Source: the human T2T-CHM13v2.0 reference genome, Homo sapiens
Direction: 5' to 3' (one strand)
Assembly (NCBI RefSeq): GCF_009914755.1
Contig: NC_060934.1
Length of the DNA stretch: 64,000 nucleotides
Part shown: positions 63,429-64,000 of the stretch, in pieces
How positions within the stretch are numbered: position 1 is the first letter of the stretch
Layout of the letters: each line of letters opens with the position of its first letter
Made by a program: the position numbers and the translations under genes
The notes under the pieces: model-generated
Database searches by the model: none
Seen by the model: the letters and a program-made list of their open reading frames with translations, nothing else
Told to the model about the DNA's origin: nothing

Positions 63429-63666
63429 GAACAGATAAGAGATACAAATTTTTAAGATCTAGATCCAGTAGTTATTGAATTAACTACTTTCTATCTCAAA
63501 GTTTTCCTACAACTAAACTGATGATCTCCCTTCTAAATGTAGCCCCTTTAGGATGTTTATATTAGTGAATGGCCCTATTCTACCTTATTACATACCGCTT
63601 TTCCTCCCTTTATTCCACTTCCACTCCCCATTTGCAATAAATCATACACAGGTACACATATGCAAA

Positions 63667-63694
63667 CACCACACACACACACACACACACACAC
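63667..63694. repeat. (CA)n microsatellite
   Basis: Direct reading. Confidence 0.9.
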
Positions 63695-64000
63695 TGCTGT
63701 GTGTATCTGTGTGCATGCACATTTTTCTTTATCTATTTTTCAATCTCTTCACTTGTCTCTAGCTCCACTTCCACCTGCTTAAACTACTATTATCTCTCCG
63801 TTGGACTATATTGCTGTTTATTTCACCTCTGATGTTAGTTTTCTTCAGTCTTTACACAAATCCACTCTCTTCACTATAGCGAGTGATCTGTTTTAGAATA
63901 AATTGAATCATGATGTTACTATTTCTGCCCCCTTCCCCTGCCCCCACTGGTCCTGTTCCAGCTTTAAAAACTTTAATGGTTTCACTTAGAATGAAGACTA

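Overview
AT-rich, repeat-dense primate (almost certainly human) intronic DNA with no intact protein-coding gene. Two landmarks are recognisable. One is a 5'-truncated, polyadenylated neurofilament-medium (NEFM) retrocopy at ~21.77-23.29 kb, nested in a near full-length L1, which is itself nested in an older antisense L1M. The other is an 80-bp MADE1 palindrome at ~29.96-30.04 kb whose minus strand matches the hsa-mir-548f-1 precursor as I recall it. From memory, NEFMP1 plus MIR548F1 place the window in a large 5' intron of PCDH15 (10q21.1, minus strand); no PCDH15 coding exon was recognised. The rest is L1, Alu/FAM, MaLR (THE1/MST/MLT1), ERV LTRs, hAT and Tigger DNA transposons, L2/MIR relics and microsatellites. 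I found no convincing new biological system. The best second-look items are: (1) the NEFM retrocopy has one KSP repeat unit rather than six; (2) two short direct-orientation templated insertions copied from 1-2 kb downstream; (3) an ERVL/LTR47-type transcript reinserted as a polyadenylated retrocopy; (4) a trimeric Alu inside one TSD; (5) two adjacent unexplained palindromes; (6) a candidate 107-nt cryptic exon on the minus strand. Repeat subfamily names come from recalled consensus features and need RepeatMasker confirmation; some boundaries are approximate.
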